Assembly: GCA_002773395.1 (NCBI GenBank)
Contig: PFBI01000006.1
Coordinates: 12,049-76,048, forward strand
From: Candidatus Kaiserbacteria bacterium CG10_big_fil_rev_8_21_14_0_10_47_16
GTDB lineage: Bacteria > Patescibacteriota > Minisyncoccia > Phycocordibacterales > UBA918
Direction: 5' to 3'
DNA length: 64,000 bases
This document shows, piece by piece, positions 17,815 to 28,020 of this stretch. A program made the translations under genes and the position numbers. Within the stretch, counting starts at the first letter, position 1. Every line of letters begins with the position of its first letter. The notes under the pieces were generated by a model. That model searched no databases. It had not been told where the DNA came from and saw only the letters and a list, made by a program, of their open reading frames with translations.

Positions 17815-19851
17815 TTATTTCTTCTTTTTCTTTGAGTCTATTTCTTCAAGGGCGGCGATTTCGTCTCGAATAAGGGCAGCTGTTTCAAAGTCGAGAATCT
17901 GTACCGCTTCTTCCATTTGCCTACGCTTTTCTTTCAGGAGTTTCTTCGGGTTCTGTTTGTAGAGGTCTGCGTCAATGGTAAGGAGCGTATGCACTGCAGC
18001 TTGGTGCTCGGTACGAAGCTGGCCAGTAATATCTTTGATTTCTTTTGCAATCGTAATCGGCGTGATCCCGTGCTCTTTGTTGTATGCAACTTGAATTTTA
18101 CGACGACGGTTCGTCTCACCAACCGCTTTCTCAAGAGAATTGGTCATGTGGTCGGCATAGAGTACTACTCGTCCGTTCACGTTACGTGCAGCGCGTCCAA
18201 TCGTTTGAATAAGTGAGGTCTCACTACGGAGGAAGCCCTCCTTGTCTGCGTCAAGAATCGCGACGAGCTCCACCTCAGGAAGATCGAGCCCTTCTCGGAG
18301 TAGGTTGACTCCCACGAGACAGTCAAATTCTCCACGACGGAACGAAGTCAAAATCTCAATACGTTCAATCGTCTTAATGTCTGAGTGAATGTACTTTGTA
18401 TTAATACCTTTTTCGGTAAGGAAGTCAGTGAGGTCTTCTGCCATCTTTTTCGTAAGCGTTGTGGTAAGGACACGTGCTCCACCAGCAATAATCTTTGTTG
18501 CTTCTTCAATGAAGTCTTTTACTTGGCCTGGATAACTCCCTGTGCCCGTCACCGGACGAATATCAATCTCAGGATCAACAAGGCCTGTCGGACGAATGAT
18601 CTGATTGGCGATTTGTCCGTGTGGCGGAATTGCTCGCTCGAGTTCGTACTTCCCTGGTGTTGCAGAGGTAAAAATCATTTGTCCTACACGCGCTTCAAAT
18701 TCTTCAAAATTAAGTGGACGGTTGTCGACTGCACTCGGAAGTCTGAATCCAAATTCTACAAGCGTCTTCTTTCGTGACTGGTCACCTGCGTACATGGCGC
18801 CGAGCTGCGGCATCGTTACGTGCGATTCATCAACAATGGTGAGGAAGTCAGGCTTACCATCTTTTGTGTGAGGGAAGTATGAGAGAAGCGTGTGCGGTGC
18901 GTCTCCTGGCTTTCGGCCATCAAAGTGGCGTGAATAGTTTTCAATACCGTTGCAGTATCCAACTTCACGAATGAGTGCGAGGTCGTGGTCAGTACGACGC
19001 TTAATGCGCTCTGCTTCCAAGAGCTTCCCTTCTTTCTTAAATTTCTTTAGCTGCGCATCGAGCTCTGCTTTGATATCAATGATCGCTCGCTTTCGCTCCG
19101 TTTCGGGCGTCACAAAGTGCTTTGCAGGAAAGAGATAGAATACGTCTGCCTCTTCAATAATGGCGCGCGATACGGCATCAATCTTTGTAATATCAGAGAT
19201 ACTGTCCTTAGAAAAACTGAGACGATAAATTACTCGTTCGTTCGTCGGCATGATTTCAATCGTATTTCCCACCGCGCGGAAATGCCCCGGCGTTAAGTCG
19301 GCGTTGGTACGCTCAAAGTACATATTCACGAGCGTACGGAGCATTTCCGCGCGTGTTGTCTTAAACCCACGTTCAATCTTTTGGTGTACTTTCTCATATT
19401 CCTCTGGTGAACCGAGACCGTAAATACATGAAACGGACGCAACGATGATTACATCCTTACGCGTCAGGAGTGCTTGTGTTGAGGCGTGACGAAGCCGATC
19501 AATTTCTTCATTGATCTGCGCTTCTTTCTCAATATAAGTGTCAGACACCGGCATATATGCTTCCGGCTGGTAGTAGTCGTAATAGGATACGAAATAGTGC
19601 ACTTCGTTGTTTGGGAAGAAGTCGCGGTATTCCTGTGCAAGCTGGGCGGCAAGCGTCTTGTTGTGCGCAATCACCAAGGTTGGCTTTTGAATCTGCGCGA
19701 TCACGTTTGCAGCGGTAAAGGTCTTTCCTGAACCGGTAACACCAAGGAGTGTCTGGTGTGTCATCCCAGATTTAATGCCCTTTACGAGCTTCTCAATAGC
19801 CTTCGGTTGATCCCCCGCCGGCGTTTTGTCTGTCGCAAGCTCAAATTTCAT
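17815..19851 (-). CDS. uvrB: Excinuclease ABC subunit B
   Basis: GDQP, GVTGSGKT, YYDYYQPEAY, DESH, QTIGRAARN, C-terminal UVR motif. Confidence 0.98.
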   Translation of the reverse strand: MKFELATDKTPAGDQPKAIEKLVKGIKSGMTHQTLLGVTGSGKTFTAANVIAQIQKPTLVIAHNKTLAAQLAQEYRDFFPNNEVHYFVSYYDYYQPEAYMPVSDTYIEKEAQINEEIDRLRHASTQALLTRKDVIIVASVSCIYGLGSPEEYEKVHQKIERGFKTTRAEMLRTLVNMYFERTNADLTPGHFRAVGNTIEIMPTNERVIYRLSFSKDSISDITKIDAVSRAIIEEADVFYLFPAKHFVTPETERKRAIIDIKAELDAQLKKFKKEGKLLEAERIKRRTDHDLALIREVGYCNGIENYSRHFDGRKPGDAPHTLLSYFPHTKDGKPDFLTIVDESHVTMPQLGAMYAGDQSRKKTLVEFGFRLPSAVDNRPLNFEEFEARVGQMIFTSATPGKYELERAIPPHGQIANQIIRPTGLVDPEIDIRPVTGTGSYPGQVKDFIEEATKIIAGGARVLTTTLTKKMAEDLTDFLTEKGINTKYIHSDIKTIERIEILTSFRRGEFDCLVGVNLLREGLDLPEVELVAILDADKEGFLRSETSLIQTIGRAARNVNGRVVLYADHMTNSLEKAVGETNRRRKIQVAYNKEHGITPITIAKEIKDITGQLRTEHQAAVHTLLTIDADLYKQNPKKLLKEKRRQMEEAVQILDFETAALIRDEIAALEEIDSKKKKK

Positions 19852-19922
19852 TACGCGAGTATAGCATAAATTGACAATCATTCTCTGGTGTTCTATGGTC
19901 TGTATAGAAAAAGGAGGTCGTC

Positions 19923-20417
19923 ATGCAAATAACGTTGCCCCAGCTACTTGTATCTGTTGCGGCGAAAATGGAGCGCGAAGTTTCAGCAATGAAGCAGCGT
20001 AAAACGAGTCCTGAAGAACGAAGAGAGATTCTCAAGTCTTTTCAAAAGACCATGTTCATTTCAGACAGCGATATCGAAGAAGTGATTGTCTATCTACAGA
20101 CAGTGGAGACCGGCGGTAGTTTCATTGAAAACGATGCACTCCCCCTTCTCAATGAAATTGTAAATGAAGGGAGAAAGCTTCTGAACGAATATCAAGAAAA
20201 GTACGATAGCATTGAATCAGAAATTTCAAAAATTCACTTTCTTTCAGAGACAGAGAAAAAAACGCGAGCTCTTGCCCGTACACTCCCTCTCGTCAGGGAT
20301 ATTAATAGGCAGCTCATGGCAAAGCTCGTTTACATTGGAGTATTGCCTGATGATGCCCGAAAAATCATCAGCGCCTTGTATGATGAAAGGATAGAAAAAG
20401 CCGGCAGTCTCTCGTAA
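19923..20417 (+). CDS. Orphan helical protein
   Basis: 164-aa ORF, SD AGGAGG, TTGACA-N17-TATGGT upstream, terminator hairpin near 20440-20472. Confidence 0.75.
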   Translation: MQITLPQLLVSVAAKMEREVSAMKQRKTSPEERREILKSFQKTMFISDSDIEEVIVYLQTVETGGSFIENDALPLLNEIVNEGRKLLNEYQEKYDSIESEISKIHFLSETEKKTRALARTLPLVRDINRQLMAKLVYIGVLPDDARKIISALYDERIEKAGSLS

Positions 20418-20470
20418 AGTACGAATGTCTGACGGTGTTGCAGCGTGCCCAGTGGGGGTGCGCTGCTTTT

Positions 20471-21679
20471 TTATGCATTTAGAATTTCTTCTCGGAGCCT
20501 CTTTGTGAAATTTACGATGACGTAGAGGTTGTGGAGTGATGCGAGATGTGCACCAAGCATTTCCTGCGCGCGGAAGAGGTGCGCGAGATACGCTTTGGTG
20601 TAGTTCGTACACACGTAACAATCGCAACCCTCATCAACGCTACTAAAATCACGCTGGTACTTTGTATTGAAAAGATTGGTCTTTATGATTTCACCCTCTT
20701 TGTGCTCATAGATTGTCCCTGTACGTGCAAGACGTGTTGGTGCAACACAGTCGAACGTATCGCAGCCGAGTGCAACGGCCTCTCTAATATCGTTTGGTTC
20801 ACCAATACCAAGAAGATGACGGGGTTTATCTTCTGGAAGAATTTCGTTTACCACGCGGATTGCGTCGCCGAGATCATCTTTTGAGAACGAGCCGCCAATT
20901 CCATAACCATCAAAATCCATATCACTAAGCACTCGAGCACTTTCTGCACGAAGATCAAGATGACGCCCTCCTTGTACGACGCCGTAGAGACCCTGCTTCT
21001 TCAGCGCTTCATAGTTTTGCTTGTGCGCAAGAATAGATCGCTTTGCCCAACGGTGTGTACGATCCATTGCTTCCTTTTGGTACTCATAGTCCGCTGTAGG
21101 CGACGTACATTCATCAAATGCAAACATAATATCTGCACCAATTGCATGTTGTATTTCAATAGATCGTTCAGCAGTAAAACGATGGAGCGATCCATCGTGA
21201 TGTGAGGTAAAGGTTACCCCTTCTTCATCAATAACACAGAGCTTCCCATGACTCTTTGCAAGATCCTTTGAGTAGACATTGAGCTCGGTCTTCTCCCCTT
21301 GTTTTTCTTCCGGTACGTCCCCACTTGCGAATTTCGTCACACCTTTTCCAAAAGCTGCACCAAGTGAAAATACTTGGAATCCACCTGAGTCAGTAAATGT
21401 CGGCATGTTCCAGTTTGCAAATTTGTGAAGTCCGCCAGCTTCTTCTACGATTTTGTGCCCTGGCTGAAGATAGAGATGGTACGTGTTGGCGAGTGCCGCC
21501 TGATTACTTATGTACTCCTTCATGTCTTCGGGCTTGATTGATTTGACCGTACCCTTTGTACCAACCGTGATAAAAGCTGGTGTTTCAATATCACCATGGG
21601 GCGTAGAAATAACACCAGCCCGGCCTAGTGTGCCGGGCTGTTTCTTAACAATTTTAAATGTAATGGGTCGATCACTCAT
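20471..21679 (-). CDS. tgt: tRNA-guanine transglycosylase
   Basis: TDSGGFQVFSL, FDEC, VQGG, DTFDCV, CDCYVC...H zinc site. Confidence 0.96.
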   Translation of the reverse strand: MSDRPITFKIVKKQPGTLGRAGVISTPHGDIETPAFITVGTKGTVKSIKPEDMKEYISNQAALANTYHLYLQPGHKIVEEAGGLHKFANWNMPTFTDSGGFQVFSLGAAFGKGVTKFASGDVPEEKQGEKTELNVYSKDLAKSHGKLCVIDEEGVTFTSHHDGSLHRFTAERSIEIQHAIGADIMFAFDECTSPTADYEYQKEAMDRTHRWAKRSILAHKQNYEALKKQGLYGVVQGGRHLDLRAESARVLSDMDFDGYGIGGSFSKDDLGDAIRVVNEILPEDKPRHLLGIGEPNDIREAVALGCDTFDCVAPTRLARTGTIYEHKEGEIIKTNLFNTKYQRDFSSVDEGCDCYVCTNYTKAYLAHLFRAQEMLGAHLASLHNLYVIVNFTKRLREEILNA

Positions 21680-22206
21680 TATTTAACCTCGAGGAGTTCA
21701 ATGGAGAACACAAGGACAGAATTCGGTGCAATAGGACCTACCTGTGCATTTCCGTATGCCATTTCTGCTGGAACAACGAGAATGCGTTGACCACCAATTT
21801 TCATACCGAGGATTCCTTCATCCCAACCTTCGATAACCTTTCCTGTACCAACGGTGAATGTGAATGGTTCGCCACGTTCGTATGAGCTGTCGAATTTCAC
21901 ACCCTCCTTCGTAGTACCAACGTACTGTACGGTGACCGTGTCCCCCTTCTTAACCTCAGGACCTGTTCCTGCGCGAACATCATCAATGATGAGTTTCTTG
22001 AGATCACCTTTTGTCGTTGCCGCTTCTGAAACTGCGTCAGCAATACTAACGTCGTCGCCTGTTGCAACAACAACTGCACTTGATTGTGAACCGCCGCCAA
22101 GCTGTGCAACCGCATCTCCAATATTCTGAAATTGAAATATAGCGAGTACAAGCGCCATAAACGCGATACTTAAAAAGATTCCTATTGCTTCATGTTTATT
22201 TACCAT
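21679..22206 (-). CDS. Membrane-anchored FKBP-type peptidyl-prolyl isomerase
   Basis: FDSSYERG, VIEGWDEG, AYG, PNSVLVF; N-terminal TM. Confidence 0.95.
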   Translation of the reverse strand: MVNKHEAIGIFLSIAFMALVLAIFQFQNIGDAVAQLGGGSQSSAVVVATGDDVSIADAVSEAATTKGDLKKLIIDDVRAGTGPEVKKGDTVTVQYVGTTKEGVKFDSSYERGEPFTFTVGTGKVIEGWDEGILGMKIGGQRILVVPAEMAYGNAQVGPIAPNSVLVFSIELLEVK

Positions 22207-22260
22207 ATTCTATATCGTTACGTACCTGACACTATACTGTAAATACACCATTACGCAACC

Positions 22261-23274
22261 TTACCGCGGAAGTGTAAAGAAGTCCTTGGAGAAGCTTTTC
22301 GTCGATGGATTTCGAGCGAATACACTCTGTAGGAGAGCTTTTGCCTCATTTTGATTCATGATATTTGGCTGACTCGGTGAAGCGACGCTCGTGATTGGTA
22401 TGAGGGTGAACGTTATATCCTTCTCACTCACCGTAAGCTCTAGGAGAAGTCCTTCCTGGGTTTCTCTACTGAAGTCCTGATCGAAGACAAAATTCCCGAG
22501 TGAATAGAAAATAGCACGACCGTTATATATTTCAATATCTTGCACTATATGCGGATGCATACCAACGATAACGTCGGCACCACTCTCTATGAGGGAATGT
22601 GCGATCGATTCTTGCCGCGGTGTGTGAATTGGTTCGTACTCTTCTCCCCAGTGCATATATGCGATTTGTATATCACTCTCATGCTCGAGTCGAACCAGTG
22701 CCGCTTTCGCCGCAGTTACGTCGAGTGGCACACTTATGTCATTGAGTGCCAATAATCCTATACGTACTCCTTTCTGCGTGACCACACGTTCTTGAGGTAC
22801 ATTCGGATGACCGACGCAGACGAGCTCTGCATCTCTGCAGGAATCTTTTGTATTTAAAAATCCGTCAGCACCAAAATCAAACGTATGATTATTGGCAAGT
22901 CCGAGGATATCGAAACCGTTGTCCGCTAATACAATAAACGATGACTGCTTCGCAGAGAGCTGCATTCCCATCGAAGGTGTCCGCACATGTACATTTGGCG
23001 ATGCTGCTTCGAAGTTGCCGATGGTGAGATCGGGCTTGGTAAGGAGTGCTTGGGTACCCAGAAATGGGTAGTTACTCCCCCGACCTTCCATTCTAATTTC
23101 AACTGCTCTCCCCATCATAATATCTCCCGTAAAGAGAAGACGGAGCGGAGGGTTGTCAGAAGTCGTTACCGAGTGTGGAGCTAAAGCAAAATAAACCTCT
23201 TTAATCGGAAGAAAGAAAATTGCTACTGAAACGGCAACGATACCTGTAATGAGTGCTGCTAATCGCATACGCAC
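22261..23274 (-). CDS. CapA family metallophosphoesterase-fold protein
   Basis: GDIM, GNFE, LANNHTFDFG, HWGEE, HPH, YSLGNF. Confidence 0.92.
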   Translation of the reverse strand: MRMRLAALITGIVAVSVAIFFLPIKEVYFALAPHSVTTSDNPPLRLLFTGDIMMGRAVEIRMEGRGSNYPFLGTQALLTKPDLTIGNFEAASPNVHVRTPSMGMQLSAKQSSFIVLADNGFDILGLANNHTFDFGADGFLNTKDSCRDAELVCVGHPNVPQERVVTQKGVRIGLLALNDISVPLDVTAAKAALVRLEHESDIQIAYMHWGEEYEPIHTPRQESIAHSLIESGADVIVGMHPHIVQDIEIYNGRAIFYSLGNFVFDQDFSRETQEGLLLELTVSEKDITFTLIPITSVASPSQPNIMNQNEAKALLQSVFARNPSTKSFSKDFFTLPR

Positions 23275-23308
23275 AACCTACGCTATTTAAGAGAATATTC
23301 AATAGTGC

Positions 23309-23731
23309 CTACACCGGCAGTTCTGAAACGTAGAAGAAGCCCGCACCGAAGAGATACATTGCGGCAGTCACCGCAACTGCAGCAAGAATGAGTGCGCTCA
23401 CGAGAATTGCGAACGTGTGAGACTCTTCTTTCTCGACGACGCGCTTACTATAGTAGGCAGTAACATTTTCATCTTTTGAATGAATATTGATACCGAGGAG
23501 CGTTGAGAGTACTTTCGGTGAAACGCGAGAATCTGAATGAAAGAGCTTGCGTGCTGCCACCACATGCACGTCTTCTGTTTCCGTCTGACCACGAAGGACC
23601 AAGAGCGCCACTTCTACATCATCATCTTGCCAACGAGCCGATATAAGCGCAGTTCGAATTTCTTCGTCGGGTGAATCGGGCGGTATACCGTTGATGCGGA
23701 GGAAGTTTTCGATATGCGCTTTTTGAATCAT
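23309..23731 (-). CDS. Hypothetical protein with C-terminal TM helix
   Basis: 140-aa ORF, co-directional with neighbours. Confidence 0.75.
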   Translation of the reverse strand: MIQKAHIENFLRINGIPPDSPDEEIRTALISARWQDDDVEVALLVLRGQTETEDVHVVAARKLFHSDSRVSPKVLSTLLGINIHSKDENVTAYYSKRVVEKEESHTFAILVSALILAAVAVTAAMYLFGAGFFYVSELPV

Positions 23732-23740
23732 AGGTAAGTA

Positions 23741-24775
23741 TTATTGACTGGGGTTTGGATTGTGTGCCATATACAGTTCAATGAGCACTTTGAACAAACT
23801 CAATATGACGGGGCCGACCACGAAACCAATTGGACCGAAGAATGCGAGTCCCCCAAGAACGGAGAGAAGTATGAAAAACGGATGGAGTGTCCCTCCGCGA
23901 CTGATGATGTACGGACCGAGGAGATTATCAATGAGTCCCACTGCAAGGGCTGCCCAGATAGAGAGACCGACGGCAGAGAGGTATGAGCCAGTCGCAAGAA
24001 GATAGATAATCGCAGGAATGAATACAACAGATGTGCCGATACCTGGAATGAGCGCTCCGAACGCCGCTATCGTTCCCCAGAGAACGAATCGATCGAATCC
24101 AAAGATAGCAAAGCCAATAGCAGTGAGTGTTCCTTGGATAAGCGCTACAAGGACCGTACCGAGTGCAACCGATCGGATTGAGCGTGCGAGTCGTTTGAGG
24201 ATAGCACTGTCTTGTTCGTCAGGAAGTGGGCTGACACGAATGAGGTACTTCGTGAACTCTTTTCCATCACGGAAAAAGTAGAATGTTGAAATAAGAGTAA
24301 GGAAGAAAAGGAAGATAGTTGACGCGGTTCCCGTAAAGATGGCAGCGATGTTTGAGGTAATGAGACGAGCTCCTTGTTGAATATACCCAGCAAGATCGAG
24401 TTTGAACGATGGAATAACGCGTTGGACAATATGTTCAACATTGACGATGCCTTGCTGCAGTGCAATCGAGCTGTCTGGTTTGTTGACGAGAGAGTAAATT
24501 TCCGCGGCCTCTCTAAAGATGAACATCCCGAGAATGCTGAGCGGGATAAGAAGAATACAAACCACGAGAAATGTGGTGATGAGTGCAGCAACTGAAGAAT
24601 TGTGCCGCGGAGTCATTATTCGCACTCGTTCATATATTGGATAGCAGATGGTGGCAATTATTGCCGCGAGTGCGACTGCAGTACCAAACGGCATGAACAT
24701 TTCCCATAAGAGGAAGCCGGCAAATCCGAGTAGACCAAAGAAAAATACATATTCAATAATACGTCCCGAAATCAT
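23741..24775 (-). CDS. AI-2E family (UPF0118) transporter
   Basis: Multiple TMs, FYFFRDG, IDNLLGP, HP..GG...FG..G...GP; start 7 nt after TATAAT. Confidence 0.92.
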   Translation of the reverse strand: MISGRIIEYVFFFGLLGFAGFLLWEMFMPFGTAVALAAIIATICYPIYERVRIMTPRHNSSVAALITTFLVVCILLIPLSILGMFIFREAAEIYSLVNKPDSSIALQQGIVNVEHIVQRVIPSFKLDLAGYIQQGARLITSNIAAIFTGTASTIFLFFLTLISTFYFFRDGKEFTKYLIRVSPLPDEQDSAILKRLARSIRSVALGTVLVALIQGTLTAIGFAIFGFDRFVLWGTIAAFGALIPGIGTSVVFIPAIIYLLATGSYLSAVGLSIWAALAVGLIDNLLGPYIISRGGTLHPFFILLSVLGGLAFFGPIGFVVGPVILSLFKVLIELYMAHNPNPSQ

Positions 24776-24844
24776 TAGCTTCATTATATCAGATGCCGGA
24801 GAGAAGATGTCGTTCTTACCGGCAGCGTAGATGTGTACAGGAGA

Positions 24845-24880
24845 ATACAAAAAAGCCGCCCGGAGGCGGCTTTTTTGTAT
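24845..24880. terminator. Intrinsic terminator
   Basis: ATACAAAAAAGCCGCC-CGGA-GGCGGCTTTTTTGTAT. Confidence 0.85.
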
Positions 24881-24889
24881 GGAGAGCGG

Positions 24890-25318
24890 TTACTTCATCG
24901 CGAGAGTTGGACTCCAACACGCTGAAGACGCAGACCATGGTTGTGTACCCTGTTTCTCATAGAGATACCGGGCATATGCCATGTTGTCGTAGATGTTTGT
25001 CAAATCGAGTCCAAGTTCCTTAGCTTTGGCACCGTGATAACGCTCGTTAATTTGCATTACCCCCATGTCAGCTGAGTCAACTTTTCCGCGAAGAACAGAT
25101 CCATCTGCGAGTGTTTGTCGATATTGCGATTCACAACGAGCAACCTGGATCATTACCGGAACATCGCTGAAGTAGTGACGCACAATACGTTCTACATCGG
25201 TTGAGTCAGTAATGGTTGGCTGAACAGTTTCAATAGCACCATACGATGCTTCTGCTACTGGTACAGCCGCAGTAATGTTTGATACAGCAAGAATTGCTGC
25301 AAAGACACTGGATAAAAT
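24890..25318 (-). CDS. Lytic transglycosylase/lysozyme-like secreted protein; start codon uncertain
   Basis: ARCES, GVMQIN, N..YA..LY...G..PW..S..CW; frame stays open upstream through a signal-peptide-like segment. Confidence 0.75.
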   Translation of the reverse strand: MLSSVFAAILAVSNITAAVPVAEASYGAIETVQPTITDSTDVERIVRHYFSDVPVMIQVARCESQYRQTLADGSVLRGKVDSADMGVMQINERYHGAKAKELGLDLTNIYDNMAYARYLYEKQGTQPWSASSACWSPTLAMK

Positions 25319-25368
25319 AAGCCAAAGGTCTTAATTAACAAAAAACGGCCAAAGCCGCTTAGGCGTCC

Positions 25369-25396
25369 ATTATAGCATGCCTAGTCTAAATGTCAA
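25369..25396 (-). promoter_or_regulatory. Consensus sigma70 promoter
   Basis: TTGACA-N16-TATAAT. Confidence 0.75.
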
Positions 25397-25451
25397 GTTA
25401 TACAATAAATATTCCGCTCGTCAATGGTCTTTAGACCCTTATTTTAAGCCT

Positions 25452-26318
25452 TTATTTAAAGAAACCGGCAATATAACGAAAAAGGCCATTTGTCCATGTT
25501 CCCTTCATCTGGTTTGTGCTTTGCTCCAAAGTAGCCAAAACCGCCATAGCGCCGTAGAGTCCAGCCTCATCTTTGAGTGATGCGTCTACTATTGCAGGGC
25601 AAGCGACTCCTTCAGGAAGTAATTCCGTCGTATGTCTTGTAATATCTGCCAAAAGTATGCGCGGGTCCCCCACGATCATGGATCCGCCGAGCACAATAGC
25701 GTCAGGAGACCATGCGGTCACAACATTCACGAGGGCATGTGCCAGCTTTTCAGCAAGAACATTCCATACAGGATCACTTTGCGGAATCTCGTACGGCTTC
25801 ATTCCCCGCTGTTGCTCAAGTGCGGTACCTGAAATCTGATCTTCAATAGTATGTGGTCCGCCAACAAGATCATTATGCGTCGCAATAACCTTTCCTTCAC
25901 TTACGAGCGCTCCACCCACTCCCGTGCTGACTGTGTGGTAGGAAATGCGTGAGTACCCTCGACCTGCTCCAAAGGAGGCTTCGCCGAGCGCTGCAACTTC
26001 TGCGTCATTTCGAAGCAAGATAGGTGCTACAAAAGCAGCTTCTAAATCTTTTGCCAGAGGCTTGTCTACCCAATCTGTTAAAATCTTCTCACTGACGAGT
26101 TCAGTCTTTGTGGCGTTCAATTCTCCTCGTATCCCCCCTGCGACCAGGGTAATTGGTGTCGCTGGATTAAGCGTACGGACTGCTTCTGTAATCGCTGCGA
26201 TACCTTCAGCATATGAAGCAGGTGTATCAAATTTTTCTACTTTAAAGGATTGTAGGTCCGTACTGACCGCAACACGAGTCTTTGTTCCGCCAATATCAAA
26301 AAGGATGTATGTCTGCAT
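25452..26318 (-). CDS. ROK family sugar kinase
   Basis: DIGGTK, NDA.AALGE, STGVGG, VLGGS, AGLYGA. Confidence 0.9.
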   Translation of the reverse strand: MQTYILFDIGGTKTRVAVSTDLQSFKVEKFDTPASYAEGIAAITEAVRTLNPATPITLVAGGIRGELNATKTELVSEKILTDWVDKPLAKDLEAAFVAPILLRNDAEVAALGEASFGAGRGYSRISYHTVSTGVGGALVSEGKVIATHNDLVGGPHTIEDQISGTALEQQRGMKPYEIPQSDPVWNVLAEKLAHALVNVVTAWSPDAIVLGGSMIVGDPRILLADITRHTTELLPEGVACPAIVDASLKDEAGLYGAMAVLATLEQSTNQMKGTWTNGLFRYIAGFFK

Positions 26319-26320
26319 AG

Positions 26321-27250
26321 CTACTCAACGATAATACTAAGTTTCTTTCCAAAGAGTTCTTCTGTCTTTTCCATGTAGTCGGCAATGTTCTCTTTAAAGA
26401 ATGGGGGCTTCACTCCCTGAATCGTTCCTACCACGTAGTATGCAATCGCGAGCATTGCAGCGGGACCCGCATCCTTCGGAAGGGGTATGGTAATCCGTGT
26501 ATCCACACCACCAAAGAGGTTGTTCTCTTCTCCAAAGCTGATAAAACATTCACGCGGCGAATCAACAACCGTCTTGGCATGCTTTGCACCTTCGCTCGTA
26601 AAGACACGCCCGAGAAGCATTGGTCCAAAGAGTTCATCGAATTTCGTTACAATCATCGGCGCAGTTGCTGCACACTGGGGTGGGATTAAGAAACAGAACG
26701 CATCGTATGCGGCAAGCTCTGGTGTACAGATCGGTGCAACTTTTTCTTCAATCCATGTTCGTATTGCAGCAGGATCTTCACCGCTGTGTCCAAGAATCAT
26801 ACTCAGATACGTTGATACATTGTAGGTATATGGTTCACGAATCTTTGGAAAGAGGTGTACGTGGTCTGGCGTTAGCAGTGCAACGGCCGGTGATTTCTCT
26901 GTGTTCGTGAGGAGTACAACCGACATACCGTGCGCAAGAGCGTACTCAGTGACCGTGACTGCATGTTTACTTCCCGATGCAGAGAGCACAACAACGCCGT
27001 CCGCATCTGTATGTGTACTACAGACCGCAGCAAAGGTACTTTCGTTTGCAAAGACCGCTGCAGTATCTGCAAAGAGGAGTTTACTCACTGAATGCGCATT
27101 AGCGCTCCCAACGATAATTGGCTTCTTAAATGGAATAGTGACTTTTGGAATAGAGGCTGTCTCAAGAAATTCGAGTGCCCCCAGAACGACCGTATCGAGA
27201 TTTGGAAGTGACTGTGCATCGAAGGTCTGGAGTGTCTGGAGTGGATTCAT
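26321..27250 (-). CDS. SIS-domain sugar-phosphate isomerase-like protein
   Basis: VLSASG sugar-phosphate loop, two-domain layout, adjacent to ROK kinase. Confidence 0.6.
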   Translation of the reverse strand: MNPLQTLQTFDAQSLPNLDTVVLGALEFLETASIPKVTIPFKKPIIVGSANAHSVSKLLFADTAAVFANESTFAAVCSTHTDADGVVVLSASGSKHAVTVTEYALAHGMSVVLLTNTEKSPAVALLTPDHVHLFPKIREPYTYNVSTYLSMILGHSGEDPAAIRTWIEEKVAPICTPELAAYDAFCFLIPPQCAATAPMIVTKFDELFGPMLLGRVFTSEGAKHAKTVVDSPRECFISFGEENNLFGGVDTRITIPLPKDAGPAAMLAIAYYVVGTIQGVKPPFFKENIADYMEKTEELFGKKLSIIVE

Positions 27251-27262
27251 AGTGGAATCGTA

Positions 27263-28003
27263 TTAAACCTGCCGCGGAGTACACGGGTTCACATGCTTTG
27301 TGATGTAGCTATAAGCTTCTTCAACGGAGTCTACAAGAACGAACAGATCGATGTCTTCTTGACTGACTGTTTTATACTTCGTGAGCATTCTGTCATTAAT
27401 GAAGGCAATAAGTGGTTCCCAAAAATCTTTCCCGTAAAGCACGATAGGGATTTTAGAAATTTTCTTTGTCTGTACGAGTGTGAGGATTTCAAAGAGTTCA
27501 TCGAGCGTACCGAATCCTCCTGGGAAGTACACATATACTTCTGAAGCAAACGCGAGCATTACCTTTCGAGAGAAGAAGAAATGAAATTCTGTAGATTCAG
27601 TGAGGTATTTATTTATTGTCTGTTCGTGCGGGAGGGTGATATTGATACCCACTGATTTCCCTCCTACTTCATGCGCGCCAATATTGGCTGCTTCCATAAC
27701 ACCTCCACCACCACCGGTAATAATGGTAAAACCAGACTTCGCGAGGAGTCCTGCCAATTGAGATGACGCCTCGAATACTTCATCTCCCACACCACAGCGT
27801 GCACTTCCAAAGAAGGTTGCTGCTGTTTGGTACTTACGGAGAAGCTCGAAGCCACTTACGAATTCCGACATGATGCGGAAAATTCGCCACGATTGAATCG
27901 CATCATCACCTGTTTGTGAGGATGGATCTGCGAGGAGATCGGTCATGACACGACAATGCATGTCTACAACCTGTACGTTAAGTTTTTTATTCTTCTTAAA
28001 CAC
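27263..28003 (-). CDS. LOG family nucleotide phosphoribohydrolase
   Basis: FGSAR, TGGGGGVMEAAN, RK, PGGFGTLDE. Confidence 0.93.
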   Translation of the reverse strand: MFKKNKKLNVQVVDMHCRVMTDLLADPSSQTGDDAIQSWRIFRIMSEFVSGFELLRKYQTAATFFGSARCGVGDEVFEASSQLAGLLAKSGFTIITGGGGGVMEAANIGAHEVGGKSVGINITLPHEQTINKYLTESTEFHFFFSRKVMLAFASEVYVYFPGGFGTLDELFEILTLVQTKKISKIPIVLYGKDFWEPLIAFINDRMLTKYKTVSQEDIDLFVLVDSVEEAYSYITKHVNPCTPRQV

Positions 28004-28020
28004 GGCTTAATGATATCACG

